Source: Owenia fusiformis (taxonomy: Eukaryota). From it: 64,000 nucleotides of DNA. Shown one piece after another: positions 1 to 13,559 of this stretch. The DNA is taken from contig CAIIXF020000001.1 of NCBI GenBank assembly GCA_903813345.2, positions 4,650,001 through 4,714,000 of the forward strand, written 5' to 3'. Made by a program: the position numbers and the translations under genes. The stretch's first letter is position 1, and each line of letters opens with the position of its first letter. The notes below the pieces were generated by a model. The model was not told the DNA's origin, did not search any database, and saw nothing but the letters and a program-made list of their open reading frames with translations.

Positions 1-664
1 ATATTGTTGGGTCTATCTCCCAGGCTAATTATGTTAATTACGACTGTATATACAGGATATACCAAAGCGGTATTGCTCACCTGCATTGGTGGTAAACAAA
101 ATACAATACAATACAATACAATACTACACCAGCTTCCTGAGGTGATATATCATCATGGCCTTAACTTAATGAAGTGATATATCATTATGGCTTCAACTTA
201 ATGAGGTAACATATTATTATGGCCGCAACTTATCAAGTGTGCATTCGTTATATCCCATATATCGACCCGTCAGCTGAAATAATGGTTATCCAATTAGCAT
301 TTGAATAGATTTCATTGCCTACTGCTGAGAAGTTTGGTAGGCACTGTTTACATAATCTTTAAATGACAGAAAATGAGGGGTATCATTCATAATACCAATA
401 GGTTATCCTGAACTCTGTTGCTTTAATAGGTTTATTGCATGATAACCATCTCAAACTACAATCAAATGACAACATGTTCGCTGGAAACCTCTTAACATAT
501 CTTGTACATGATCATGATATCATATCACCAATAGGTGGAATATTTTCTAGCGAACACGCACCTAGTGATATATCATTGTGGCTTCGATTGAATGATACTT
601 ACATATTTTTAGACCTGTATAGTCAATGTAGAGACAATGTCATAAACGTGTTCAGATACATAAG

Positions 665-838
665 CAGGGGTTTCATTAGCAGCAGGCAACAGGCGATTTT
701 CACCGATTGTTTTCACAAAATCGCCGTTTTTTTTCAGGAACTTTTCAAACTTTCCAGATTGAATTTATGATTTCCATTAATTTTGCCTGTTGTTTTCATT
801 TATCTAGCCTGTTGTGAGAAATTCTAGTGAAACCCCTG
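665..838. mobile_element. hAT-like MITE with 6-bp TSD
   Basis: TIRs CAGGGGTTTCA(T/C)TAG...CTAGTGAAACCCCTG; CATAAG on both sides (659-664, 839-844). Confidence 0.7.
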
Positions 839-1280
839 CATAAGGTTTGAGTCTCTAATTCTGTTGCAACCAGGTGGTGACATCTTGTTACTATGTAACC
901 ATGTTCAAGTTATAATTCTGTTGCTATAGTTTCATTAATGTTGCATATTTCAGCCCCAACACTGGCACAATGATAAACATGTGGTAATAATGATATCAGT
1001 CAGTTATGATTATTTAATTAACGCTTCATATCCTTTAGTGATCAATGTCTCTTTGTGCAGAATGTCTCACATTGCTGGAAATCCTTCAGTGGTCACCAAT
1101 ACCCCCCTCACCCCCAACCCAGTGCAGAATGCCCCATATAACTTGACACACTCCAGTTGTAATCTATGCCCCCAGTGCAGAATGTCCCACATTGCACATA
1201 TCCTCCAGTGGTCAATGTCCTCCAGTGATCACTATTTTCTAATAATAATAATCATAGACATCCTAAGTTGTCCTTATATC

Positions 1281-1518
1281 GACAATGCTGAACCATCTAG
1301 TTAAACCATCAATGCAACTTAAAGATTCGACATCGAGATTAATTAAGATACGACATCAAGATTATTTAAGATAGGCCTACGTCAAGATGATAAATTGTCC
1401 CAATATAGATAAGTTTATTATGAATGCTTTTGCTTTATTTATTTAACGAATATTTAGCTGCATGGTGCATGATTATTGCTGGATCCATTGCCAAATGTGC
1501 TGCTTGCTGTAATAAAGA
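1281..1518 (+). repeat. Interspersed repeat; uninterrupted copy of the sequence split by the LINE at 8819-23958
   Basis: 1281-1299 (GACAATGCTGAACCATCTA) matches 8800-8818, and 1299-1518 matches 23959-24157 apart from an internal segment. Confidence 0.8.
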
Positions 1519-2436
1519 TGCATGCAATGAAAGGTAATTATAATAAATGTTATTTTGATTTTCAAACCAATAGGGCCTTATTTCTTTATTTTAATCAGGT
1601 TTATAACAAGCAAATGCAGTGTTTAACATGTCTGATGTAAATATATAGCTAAAGGTTTATGGAGAGGTGTTCTCATTAAGAGATTCTCAGGGAATATCTA
1701 ACAAATGTGACTGAAAATGAGTGTTTACTTGATAGAGGTAGTCACATGCACAAGTTTGACTGTACATCAAAAGGAATCTTCCATGTGCCATATAAGAGGA
1801 GATGAAAACATAATTATAGATGTGATTATGTCCAATATGGATATAGGCAACTGAACCATTACATGTTTAGAACTCCTCTGTATATTCTCAATTCCTTAGT
1901 CCATTTCTTGGCATTTTACAAGTAATAATATGACTATTATGACATGCAACTCTGTCTACATGAAAAGATTTGGAAAGAAATCTGCCTTGCCTCCCTGCCA
2001 ACCAATATTTATCCATACTATCAAAAGTATTCTTAGAAAATATACATGGCAAAAATTATTACAAGATGTGGAGTCAAGTATTTTTAGGGATGAACAGGTA
2101 TCACGTTTGCTGTTAAATGCATGAAATTTTTCAGTGACCTATTTCAGGTAATGCTTAATATGTAATAATAGTGGCGTAATTTAGTGTTGAGTATATACAT
2201 ATATTTATTGCTACATTCTCTACCCTTTCTGCAACTCAAAAAAACATGTGTATGTAAACCATATCTAATAGAATTTTGTGAAGGTGAGATATATGCATGA
2301 ACATGGATGTACTCATGAATGGAATTGTATTGTCAGTGCTGTGTCATTCTATAAACCAGCAAAACATTTTATCATTATACACTGAAATTACAAAATGTTA
2401 AAAAAAGCTTTAATTTAGATATGATTTTGATTGCAG

Positions 2437-5020
2437 CTACTGCTGAAGACAGAATCATACAATGCCAACACAACTACAAAATTCAATGCTAGTGCTCACT
2501 TCCATCTCGAATTTATATCCATATGCCACATCAACAAGGTCCCTGTAATCATGCTGGACCCAGCCCTGGTGCAGAACAATGTTACGACTTCATACAATCT
2601 GAGGCTTGGCCTGTTCAACTCATCCCTAGTGTCATATGGCATCAAAAGTGATGATTTGACTCAACCTTTAATGGTAAGACTCTCATGATCGACATCATCT
2701 TTGCACACTCGGCCTTCCCTGGGACCAACAGAAGCCGAGTGTATGAAGATGGCTAAACATGGTTCATCCTTCCATGATAATCATATGTGTACAAGGAAAC
2801 CACATATGCTAAACATCTTAAGATACATGCAGGACATGTATTCAATTTTCCTACCCATGCAGAGGACTAGGCCACATGACTTTTGAGAGGCAGTCTTCCC
2901 GTGTATGGTAAAACACAAAAATCATATGTATATGTCTGTATGTACACTATATGAACTTTAATCTGAATCTACATTTGTGTCATAATCAGCATTTATCAAG
3001 TTGTTTATTGAGAATATGTATATACATTATACATGTATTCAGAGCTGACATCTTGTCATGTTTTCTTAGATTGTAACTTTGCTGATATGAGTTGAACGAT
3101 GGCATCCATAGCAATACACTCATACCCACAAAATATTCTATATTTTTCTATTTTAGGATAAATTGTACCACGCTCTAGCTGTAAACAACTACAACATTAC
3201 CCTACTAAAAGGTGTCGATAAAAAAGGAGAACATTATCTCTATCATGTATTCCTAAAGACTAAAGTATCAAATACAACAGCACCATCTATAAAGCAGTGG
3301 ATTCACATAGCAATCATACACCATAGACATGGCAAATATTATTGGATAGGGCCATTGCTAGAGGGAAACCATGCCAAGAAACATCCACCAGTAAAGAGCA
3401 TTAGCTTTCCAGCAGCATTTGATAGGTAGGGGAGAATTACTTGTGTATAGGACCTTCAATAATTAATAGTATATAGCATAACATCTCTTAATTATTTGAC
3501 AAGGTCTTTAAGCATGCATGGGCATAAATAGAGTGCAGTAAAACCTGGCTCATCCAGATGCCACTGAGACTGAGTCAAAGATGTTCAGATTAGCAGGTGT
3601 TCACATTTGTAGGCTTTCTAAATAAGTGAGTCATTGGAAGATAACAAATTTGGGAAAGAAAAAAGTGTTCAGTTGAAAGGTGCTTCAATGGCATTCAGGA
3701 CTGTCAATAGATGACGAAAACTTTGTGTAATAGCATACTTTAACATGTAAAAAATGTTATCTTATCTTAATATACATGTAGTTCCGATTCTTCATAAAAT
3801 TATCTTAATATTTTCAGTTTTGATGTTACGACCAGTGATATTCCTGGACTATACGTACCTTCATCTCCCTCCAAATATCTCTCCAATTTAAAACATTCCA
3901 AGTTCATCCCGTGCAACAGGACCCGGGCTGATGAATTCAATGCAGCCAATAGCAAGCAAACAAGCAAACATAATGCAGACACAACTGCCAAGAAAGCACA
4001 GCAGATTCTGCAGGCGACTAAAGCTGTGTTTGATGAAGTTGGAATGAAATACTGGCTTGTTGGAGGTACCCTTTTAGGTAAAGCATTTTCTTTCTCACAC
4101 ATGGGGTTCTATCAAGATAAGGTATGTGGGATAAGAAACTCAGGGAGGGACTGAGTCATACAGGTTGTCAGAATTGACATAATGTTTTATTGGTTTATAG
4201 GTTGGTATAGACAGTGTGGTTTTATTGCTCACACTACTGATGTAGATGTTGGTGCCTGGATTGCAGATCTTAATCCAGAACTGGAGACACTCCTCAAACG
4301 CAAGGGACAGCCCATCAGGCTGATGTACCATTTTGGCAAGGTAAACTTACTCACCCAGGTTGAACATAATTATCCAGATTTGCTATAGAGCCTCAAGAAG
4401 GGGGTTTGGGCACTTTTAATTGGTTCATGAGGTGCACCTATGGGATTGCTCACTCCAAGTTGTGGAGCTTAGCAATATATATCATCTACAAACGTATGCA
4501 TTTCATCATTACAATGAATGGCAGACACAATAATGTGTTAGAAAGGAGGCTTCAAATTCTGTATTTCAGGTTTATTTTCAATTTATTTGTTTGAAATATA
4601 CATAAAAACAGTTTTCAGTTTACAATGCCAACATGATTAACGAGTGAAAACTTATTGAATTATTTTTCATCATTTTAGCCTGAAGATGGTCTAGAGTTTG
4701 CAGTTCAGGGTTTTGGTATCAAAATGGACATATTCTTTCATTATATTGAGTCAAACTACACATGGGTCGGTGGAATACGTAGCTGGTCACTAGAAAAATT
4801 ACGCTGGCTTTACCCCACCAATATAACATTATGCTCTGCTGAACTATTTGAAGATCTCTATCTTGTGCCATGTGACTCCCAGGCCTATATAGAGGCTGAT
4901 TATGGACCAAATTGGATGCTCCCTGATGATAAATGGACATGGGATAGGTCTGCACCAAATATGGTTGAAGCGGGAAAGTTTGCAAAATCTGAGAGAAGCA
5001 AAGTTGTGCAAATACTGTAA
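2437..5020 (+). CDS. FKTN: Fukutin-like (LicD-family phosphotransferase), copy 1, 5'-partial
   Basis: Phase-compatible GT-AG exons 2437-2673, 3157-3425, 3818-4077, 4201-4340, 4679-5020. Motifs YWLVGGTLLG|WYRQCGFIAHTTDVDVG (DxD), HFGK|PEDGLEF, KMDIFFHY, VPCDSQAYIEADYG and WTWDRSAPN match the fukutin catalytic domain. The signal-anchor exon lies upstream of the window, by analogy to copy 2. Confidence 0.9.
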
Positions 5021-5138
5021 CACATGATTTTGTTTTACTAATTAATATTAGTTTTTTCCGTTCTCGAGTACATGTGTAACTTTGAAGAATAATGTCTGAT
5101 GAGAGTAAATCAGAATCTGGCCATAGTATCAGAATTAA

Positions 5139-5285
5139 AGGCCCACCTTGGGAATTTTCAACATTTTTGGGCAAAATAAAAACTTACATTTAAATTTCAT
5201 AGCATGTCCAATGTATTGATAAGAGAACCTTATCTTTCATTTGACACCAATAACTTTTTTCTTCTAAATTAAGTATAGTGTGCCT
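5139..5285. mobile_element. Short TTAA-targeting MITE (Kolobok-like AGG...CCT ends)
   Basis: TTAA|AGGCCCAC...GTGTGCCT|TTAA; absent from the paralogous site near 39905. Confidence 0.7.
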
Positions 5286-6128
5286 TTAATGTGTTTTTAT
5301 GATGGGATGATAAATATTTTGGTTGTTTATGCTTTTTAATAAGCCTTAAGTTTGTGTAATTTAGATTTACCATTTTGATGTCAGGCAATTAGGCAAGTTT
5401 ATGATGTCAAAAATCAACAAGAATCAAATCATCGAATCATTGTTAGAAGCATCAGTGATTTCACAAAATTGAAATCTGATGTCAAATCATTAACTAAGAG
5501 CTTCCATTTTAAAAAATTGTCACGAAAGTTAAACGAGTTGTTGATTTGAAAAGCATATCTTGGAGAATGCTTTTAAACTAATAAGGGTATGTGTTCAGTA
5601 TTTTCAAAAAGTATTATTTACAGATTCTTTGAATAATATTCAAATAATGTTCAATATTTTATTGTAGTTTTAACAACATGTGCATATTCTTAGTTCATTA
5701 TCACCCTCTCCTAGTGATCCATTTATATGCACTGGGTTTATTGACATTATAATAAAAATTAAATCCCTTGAGACTGTTCGCTGAACTATAACACGCTGAA
5801 GTAGCTGTGAAACATCTCCATTTTTATACGGTGAGGTCACCAGTTTTACTGAAACGATCAGTTATAGCCCATAGTAATGTCAACAAACTGAATGCCACAG
5901 AATGGATCACTTGGAAAGGCTGTTATATAATGGAGTGAAACATGCTACAGAGTACAATGCCTTGATTGAGGTATTGTTGCTAATTTGAGGACAATTTGAC
6001 TCTAAAGCAGTGATAGCTGAATTAATTCCTCACTTCATTGAGTGCAGTTTCCACCAGTCACTAATCACTGAGCCAATATTGTAATCAAGAACCCGCTAAC
6101 TCCTGTAGCATATTTTAAACCATTCTAA

Positions 6129-6816
6129 AGGAGTGGTATCGATATGGAGAACTGAATCCAACAATGTTTTTCTCTTAAACCAATCATTGAAAACATTCTT
6201 TAAAACACGGTATTTTATGTAATGTTGACTGATTGACAACAATTTAATGCAAAAATTATTTAGAAATAATTTATATAACTGATTTTGTTAACATTTTTTG
6301 TTTTTTTAGTGCAATTGTTTTTGCTCCTTTCTACCAATTCTTGAGAATGAAATACATTTGTCTTTCCGAACCTTGTTGGAAGAAAATAGCATATACAACA
6401 TGTTTTTAGACCTCCCAATAGTATAGTTACACAAAGGAATTTTTGGTTGATTTTAAAAACGTATTCAAAAAATTAAAACAAAATCCCCCAAAATAGATAA
6501 AAATCAAGATAAACCTTTAATTTCATTAACAAGATATTTTTTAAAATCAACTAAAATTTCCTTTGTTTTGTTCCAATGAGGTTCGGAAAGTTGTTTCATT
6601 TCACTCTGGAAACATGATACCAAGAACAAAACAAGTGTTTGATGTGTTTTCTAAAACAATACGTATAGATGAAAGTATATATATATATTTCAAATTATAT
6701 TGTTACCATTCAAAAGATGACCATTGAATTGACGATGTGTTAAATTTTTAGATTTTTTTATGACTGATGTAAGAGAAACGTGTGTTCAAAAAGTTCTCCA
6801 TATCGATACCACTCCT
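6129..6816. mobile_element. Kolobok-like non-autonomous DNA transposon
   Basis: 25-bp TIR AGGAGTGGTATCGATATGGAGAACT; flanks CTAA/TTAA; a related 5' end occurs at ~62640. Confidence 0.75.
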
Positions 6817-7798
6817 TTAATATTTCCACAAGATGCCAACATTGTTACTCCCTGTTTAGGGATGGTGTTATAGCTGACATTTAATGTTAATTTGATGACG
6901 AGGTTTAGTTTACTATACCTTTTGAAGAGAGCAATTATCAGGTATTTATTTAAAGGTATTATTGGGTTTTGTCCTTTTAAAGGCTAATGCTTTATGGACA
7001 TAGGACCTCTCTTGAAGAAGGAATTTCTAAAATGTTTTCACATCACTTAATGTCATCAGTGTAGGTTCTTCTGAAAGAAGTACTAGCGATGGAGTGATTT
7101 GATAAATTATGTTTTGTTTGATGGGCCAGATTTGCTACTGCAGTGAGTTATTGTTTTTCTAATTTTTATACATGACATGACACATGATTACAATGCATAA
7201 TGTTTTACAATGTAGACATGCAATCTTTTGTAGTAGATATCCTTCTAGTCATGTCCTATTAGGTGCTATCCTTCTAGTCATGGCCAATGAGGTGATATGC
7301 CTTGTTATAACCTATACATAGATGGAGCATCTATTGAACAGTGGTCATAATTGATAAATTTAAATGTCTAGAAGTCTTCCTTTTGACATATTTTTATGAA
7401 CATTATATACAATTGAATTTTTTTATGTGGTGCCTTGTTAAAGGAATGTAGAAGGAATAAAGAGTAGAAGTTGGAAGCTATCTTATTTTCCAATTCATCA
7501 GATTGAAGGATTTTTGAATAAGATTGTTTTGAAATAATGTCTGACCCGTTGAAATTTTAGAAATGGGTATGACATTAAATGATGTAAGCCAAAAATATTG
7601 TAAGATTTCTAAACATACTTTCAACTCTATCTCTTCTACTCCCTTTAATGTACACTACTTGTATACTTCCAAAATAAACTAATACTATGACTACTGAAAA
7701 CTTTTTACTGTATTTTTATGGCATATTTTCAAATATGTGGCTGCAAAGTGGCAAGTGCCTCAGAGTGAGCCATAAGTACACAAACATTTTTTATTTAA

Positions 7799-8190
7799 AG
7801 GACGATTCTCGGTTTGGAGAACGAAGTTCATCAATCTAAATGAGCATTATCCCTGCTTCGGACAAATTTGATTTTTTTTACATAACATAGATTTGAGTGT
7901 CTTCTTTTGAATAGTCATAATTTAATTTGGGTAATATTTCTAGATTTTTTGCAAAAAAAATATTAGCGCAGCACACTGATGAACTTCTTTCCTCAAATCG
8001 AGACTTGTATTTTATTGAATCGGTCTAATTGAGCGTTATCCCTGCTTCAGACCAAGTTGTTATTTTTACATCTTGTAGATTTAAATGTCTTCTTTTGAAT
8101 ATTCATAATTTAATTTGGGTAATATTTCTATATTTTTCATGAAAAAAATTATTAGCCCAGGAGACTGTTCTCCAAACCGAGAATCGTCCT
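7799..8190. mobile_element. Kolobok-like MITE with internal tandem duplication
   Basis: 24-bp perfect TIR AGGACGATTCTCGGTTTGGAGAAC at a TTAA-like site; internal ~135-bp direct repeat (7840-7975, 8030-8160); absent from the paralogue near 41170. Confidence 0.8.
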
Positions 8191-8497
8191 TAAACAATTT
8201 GAAAATAACTAATAAACTTCCCTATTTATATTGTTATTTTGTAACATATTTTTATAAGCTTGGAACGTTATAGAAAGTCAATGTTTGATATGACCCCTCT
8301 TTATCCGAATTATACGTTTAAGCTCGGCTCTGCGTTTCAAAATAATTATCTTAATGTGCTATTTGTTGGTTTGGGCCAAGCTATCTTGATTAAAACTAAC
8401 TTGGCCAAACTTCCTATATATATTATTTGCCTTGTAAGATCGAATATGGTAACATGATCCACATTTTGTATCCAAATTGATTGGTATCAAGTAAACC

Positions 8498-8628
8498 TTT
8501 TATGTCACCACCTTAAGGGCTGACATATTGTTCAAGTCTCCAATTTTTCATGGACGTTGGTTGGTGTTCGTCGTTCGGAGTCTGTAACAAATGGCACATC
8601 GTGACATTTTGTTTGTTAATGCCTTGTT
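8498..8628 (+). mobile_element. Very short non-autonomous Helentron-type element (HINE-like)
   Basis: Starts TTTTATGTCACCACC-loop-GGGCTGACATA (hairpin), carries GTGACAT near the 3' end and ends GCCTTGTT. Copies at 41547-41672 and 27372-27482. Confidence 0.6.
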
Positions 8629-11089
8629 TAATATCTTATAGGATGTGCTTAAAATTGGGTCATAAAAGCTTTTCAAATGACTGATAGTTCAGTTTTTGCC
8701 TTTATTAAAAAGTGGAAACCATGCTAACTGCTCATAGCAGGGGGTAAAACGAAAGAAGATATTCTGGATTTTGAAGCCCTGTGATCGGAGGATGTTATAG
8801 ACAATGCTGAACCATCTATTTTTTTTATTTATTTATTAAAATCATATAAACATTTATACATATCAGTGATAATGACACCCTAGAGCGTGTATGTCTTATC
8901 AGAAGCTAAAATATTTGAAAAATGGCATATTGTTAGTTACATTTATTATTGATGTTACAAAGTATCTCAAAATATAAATTATGTAAGCCAAACTGGGAAA
9001 CAAATAAATATGATGTAAAAAAGACATCATAAAAACATTTTAATGATGTAGAAAAAGGTGCATCCGTTAAAAATTTGTACAGGGTACTAATCATAGAGAC
9101 TAATTACACGTCTTTTAAAGGCTCACTTAAAAATAAAAATGGTTTTTGAAGTTTTGATAACATCTGGAGTTGAATTCCAGATTATTCCCCCTTGAGTTCT
9201 AATACTTCGTTTGCGGAGTTGAATTCCAGATTATTCCCCCTTGAGTTTTAATACTTCGTTTACCATAGTTGGTTCTAAATTTGGAAATATGAAGACTGTC
9301 AGTCTGTCTTGTATTGTGGTCGTGTACCTGCACTGATTTGCTGAAAATAATTGGAAAATAAGTCATTTGGAAAATTTTATGGAAGTTTGATGCATTTGTA
9401 GGTAAAGATAAGAACATTGAGTTTTTAAATATCATTTATTTTAAGTATATTTAGTTGTTGAAATAAGGGTGATGATGGTGCTTTATTATATTCACTATTA
9501 GTAACTAACCGGGCAAATCTTTTCTGCAACTTTGATAAGATATCAATATGTGTTTTTCCTGTCCCATCCCAAGCTGGGATGCAATATTGTAAGTGTGAAT
9601 AAATAAGTGAGTAGTAGATATTCAATAATGATTTAACACTGAGTTTGTGTTTTATTCGAAAAATAGTACCTATGGTTTTTGAATTTTGGTCAATTATAAG
9701 CCAAGGAAATTTGTTGAAAAAGCACGAATAATGTAAGAGTCTCTAATTTTGATTGAAATATTATCTGGTACCCTATTTTGGGAAGTTGTAAAGACCATAA
9801 AGTTGTTTTTATCAATGTTCAATGAGAGTTTATTAGCACAGAACTAATCATATACAGTTTTTAATTCATTATTCACTACATCGATTAAGGAATAAATATT
9901 TTTGCCAGAGCAAAGAATATTTGTATCATCAGCAAAAATTAGATATTTGAATGAATTGCTAGTAGAGATTAGGTCATTTATGTAAAGGATGAAAAGTATG
10001 GGGCCTAAAATGGATCCCTGAGGGACACCACATTGTATTGCTTCATACCCGAGTATTCATGTTCAAAAGTTATATGTTACTAAGATAACTTTTGAACCAA
10101 TCCAAGAATTTACCCTGGAAGCCTTAAAAATTCAATTTAGTAAGTAAAATATCATGGTTAACCTATCAAAGGCTTTACTTAAATCCAAAAAGATCCCTAA
10201 ACTGTACTGTTTATTCTCTATAGCTTTCCTTAGGTTTTCTAGGAAAGTTAAAATAGCTAAGCAAGTAGATCGATTCCTTCGAAATCCAAATTGATTGATA
10301 CAGATTATTTTGAATTTTTCAATGAACTCAACAACTCTATTATACATGATTTTCTCAAAAATTTTAGAAAAAACTGATAAAAGTGATATCGGCCTATAAG
10401 TACCTCTGATCATTCTTTTTGAACATTGGAATAGTTTTGGCTATTTTCAATTGATCTGGAAAGACACCAGTCGAGAGAGATAAATTGGTCAAATGGAGCA
10501 AAGGAGGATTGAATATGTCATTTGAATTCTTAACTGTTATTGGTTTAATTTCGTCATACCATGCTGCTGAATCTTTTTGACTTCTTTAACTGTTACACGT
10601 CTTAACAATATACTTTGATTGAATGAATCTGTCAATTTGCTTTTAAAAGTAATTTTTTAGGGAAAAATCAGCATTTGTTATATTATTTGCAAGATTAGGT
10701 CCTACTTCAGTAAAATAATCATTAAAAAGATAAGCAATTTGTTTATGGTCTTCAATCAGCTTATTATCATAAATAAATTCCTTGTTTGTCAGATTTGAAC
10801 GTTTGTCGCTATTAAGAATATCATTTATGTTTTTCCATGTTTCCTTTAGATTACCCGAACAACTGTTGAACTTGCGTTTATAGTAAAATCTCCGAATTTC
10901 GTATTACTTGCCTTAAAATGTGTTTAAAAGTTTTATATTCATTGATTTTTGCTGATGTTGGATGCTTAATAGATTTTACATACATAGAGTTTTTTTTTGT
11001 TTAATTGATGTAATTATACCTTCAGTTAGCCATGGCTTTTTATTATGTCCCCACCACATAGTGTGGGGCCATATTGTCGGCCTAGGCGC

Positions 11090-11146
11090 GTCCGTCTGTC
11101 CGTCTGTCTGTCTGTCCGTCTGTCTGTCTGTCCGTCTGTCTGTCCG
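11090..11146 (+). repeat. (GTCT/GTCC)n microsatellite in the Helentron 5' end
   Basis: Tetranucleotide run just after the 5' hairpin, as in DINE-1/HINE elements. Confidence 0.9.
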
Positions 11147-11627
11147 TACGTCCGGCAGTTTTCTCCAAAACCGCTACAGATATCACCTTCAAATTTTCAG
11201 GGTTAACTTATGAGTGCATACAGATGTGGATGAAAAAAAATTAACTCGATACCTACTTCCTGTCGGCCATTTTGAAGTCAAATGCTAAAATCCTTGTCTG
11301 CAAACTTTAAGAAAAACGGCTTCACAGTTGCTTTTAAAACTTTAACATCTTGTTCAGCTCACTTCATTCTAGATCTGATTAGGTTTTGGACCTGTTAGCT
11401 CAGTCATGTCAGCCATTTTGAATGTTTTAAGAAAAGTTAGCGCACGATAATACTTTGTATCATATTGAATGGTGTTTTTCAGTTTTCATACTTTAACTTT
11501 TTAGTAGCTTTATAAATAATTTCAGGTGTACTTTGTTGTAAAAGCCTATGTTATTGTTAACAGTAGTTATATGTGATAATTTTGTAAAAAGATTTCAGCA
11601 AAAACTCATAATCACTTTTTTATTGTC

Positions 11628-12135
11628 GGCCATTTTTGATTTTTCCGTCCTAAAATCTTGTCTGTAAAGTCTTGTCTACGCGTTTTCAGGTGAACCGTTT
11701 GGTAGATCAATTTCAAATTTTCAGGGATGATTCTTAGTATGAAAATCTAGAACTGATTAGTTTTTGGGCATTCTGGGTAAATGTCAAGGCAGCCATTTTG
11801 GATTTTCTGTCCTAAAATCTCGTCTGTAAAGTCTTGTCTACACATTTCCAGGTGAACTGTTTGGTAGATCAATTTCAAAATTTCAGGGATGATTCTTAGT
11901 ATGAAAGTATAGAACTTTTTTATTTTTTCGGCATTCTGCATAAATTCTTAAGATGGCCATTCTGGCTTTTCTGTCTTAAATTCATGTCTGTAAAGGCATG
12001 TCTACTCATTTTCAGGATAACAATTTGACGGATTGATTTCAAAGTTTCAGGGCGATTCTTAGAAAGAAAATCTAGTACTGATTAGTTTTCAGCATTCTTG
12101 GTAAATGTCAAGGCAGCCATTTTGGATTTTCTGTC
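11628..12135 (+). repeat. ~163-bp tandem repeat (about 3 units) in the Helentron 5' region
   Basis: GCCATT(T/C)T(T/G)G(A/C)TTTT recurs near 11628, 11790, 11955 and 12114; the first three are followed by TGTCTGTAAAG-like sequence. Confidence 0.75.
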
Positions 12136-13559
12136 TTTACAAAACTCCCCTGATTTCTTAAAAATAGACTGAACTGGTAGACTCACCTGGAGCCACCATG
12201 TTGTTTTTTTTATATGTTGTGGGCTCGCAAACAATTTTCAAGGCTGACCTTACAGTTTATGGTTATGTAGTATATATTGTTGATATATTTGTGATGAATG
12301 CAATCTTAATCACTCTGTGTTTTATATTATTTTTATTTTATTTTTCAGAAAACTGAAGAATGGAAAGACATTCAACTCCAGTTTCAAAAATATGGCAAAG
12401 CAATAAAGGAAGGGATTCCAAATGTTAATTGTGGAATGGCCCTGTGGTCATTGCACAATTAATTTTTTTATTGCTTTGCTATATTTTTGTAATTATTATA
12501 GAACAGCATTGAAATGTATTCATAAAAATGGTATACAACTACCTTTAACTATTCTATAGATTAAGACTGATGTAATTGAGAGGATAACACAAAATGCTTC
12601 CTTGTACATCTAATTGATTTATTATTGTTCTGCATTAGAAATACTAAATCAGTACTTTAAGAAATTCTTTTTTTATACCAACTTTTTAATGTTTTTGCAT
12701 ACTTTTATGTTATCCTCAAGAATAAATCTGTTCCTTGTTCAAAATATTTTAAGGTTCTTGCATTCTTTTTTTTACATTTTCAATACTTTGATTTTTGTTA
12801 TCTGTTTTCATGATTAATAATTTGTTAATGTTTATTACTAATATGTCAGAGACCTTAAGATACACATTCATGGCGTAACCATGTACCTGTTTTTCTCATT
12901 AGCATGCAGGTTCATGAAATATGTCCCTGCATTAATAAGATATCCATAAAGTTAACAAGTTATACATTCATACTTGTACAAAAATGCACATTTATTCTGA
13001 TAGATTACTCACACATCTTGCAAACTTAGGATTACGATTTTCAACATGTAATTCTTTTCACTCATGTCAGATGTCCTAAATCATCTGTGTATCAGTGGCA
13101 CTTGTAAAACTTGAAAGACCAAATAAATGTGCTTAAACTTTTATATGAATCCATGTACCTGCCATGTTTCACTTACAGGTTTTGCTATTTGGTGCAATCT
13201 TAAGGTCTTTAATAAACAAGTACTAAAGTATGAGTATATTACATAAGGACTACAGTGACCAAATTTGTCTACTTTAAAAGTTTATAGAGAGTTATTGGAA
13301 CAGTACATTTGCTGCAATTTAGGTATGACAAACGATAGTATTTAATTTTATATTATCCTATATTATTAGATATTCAATAGACACTTGAACATTATGCAGT
13401 ACATAAACAATTTCCGAGGAAAATGCATAAATAATGATGAAAGTAATTAATTTGGTGAATTTGATTCAGAAATGAAGTACAATTGATTTTAAAACTTCTC
13501 AAAATTCAATCCATAATTGTGAACTTTTATTTCAGATGAATTGAAGAATTGATGCAGAA

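Larger units (their letters stand above)
2240..8722 (+). repeat. Segmental duplication, copy 1 (paralogous to ~36875-41793; also 1-120 vs ~31916-32040)
   Basis: Colinear similarity over exons, introns and 3' flank, ending at AAAAGTGGAAACCAT in both copies. Confidence 0.9.

Noticed and set aside
2701-2886. 61-aa ORF conserved in both duplicates (also 37284-37469)
   Set aside because: It is intronic with a TTG start; the conservation is explained by the high-identity tract.
3800-5174. Minus-strand ORFs 3800-4102 and 4719-5174 and their duplicates
   Set aside because: They are antisense shadows of fukutin exons.
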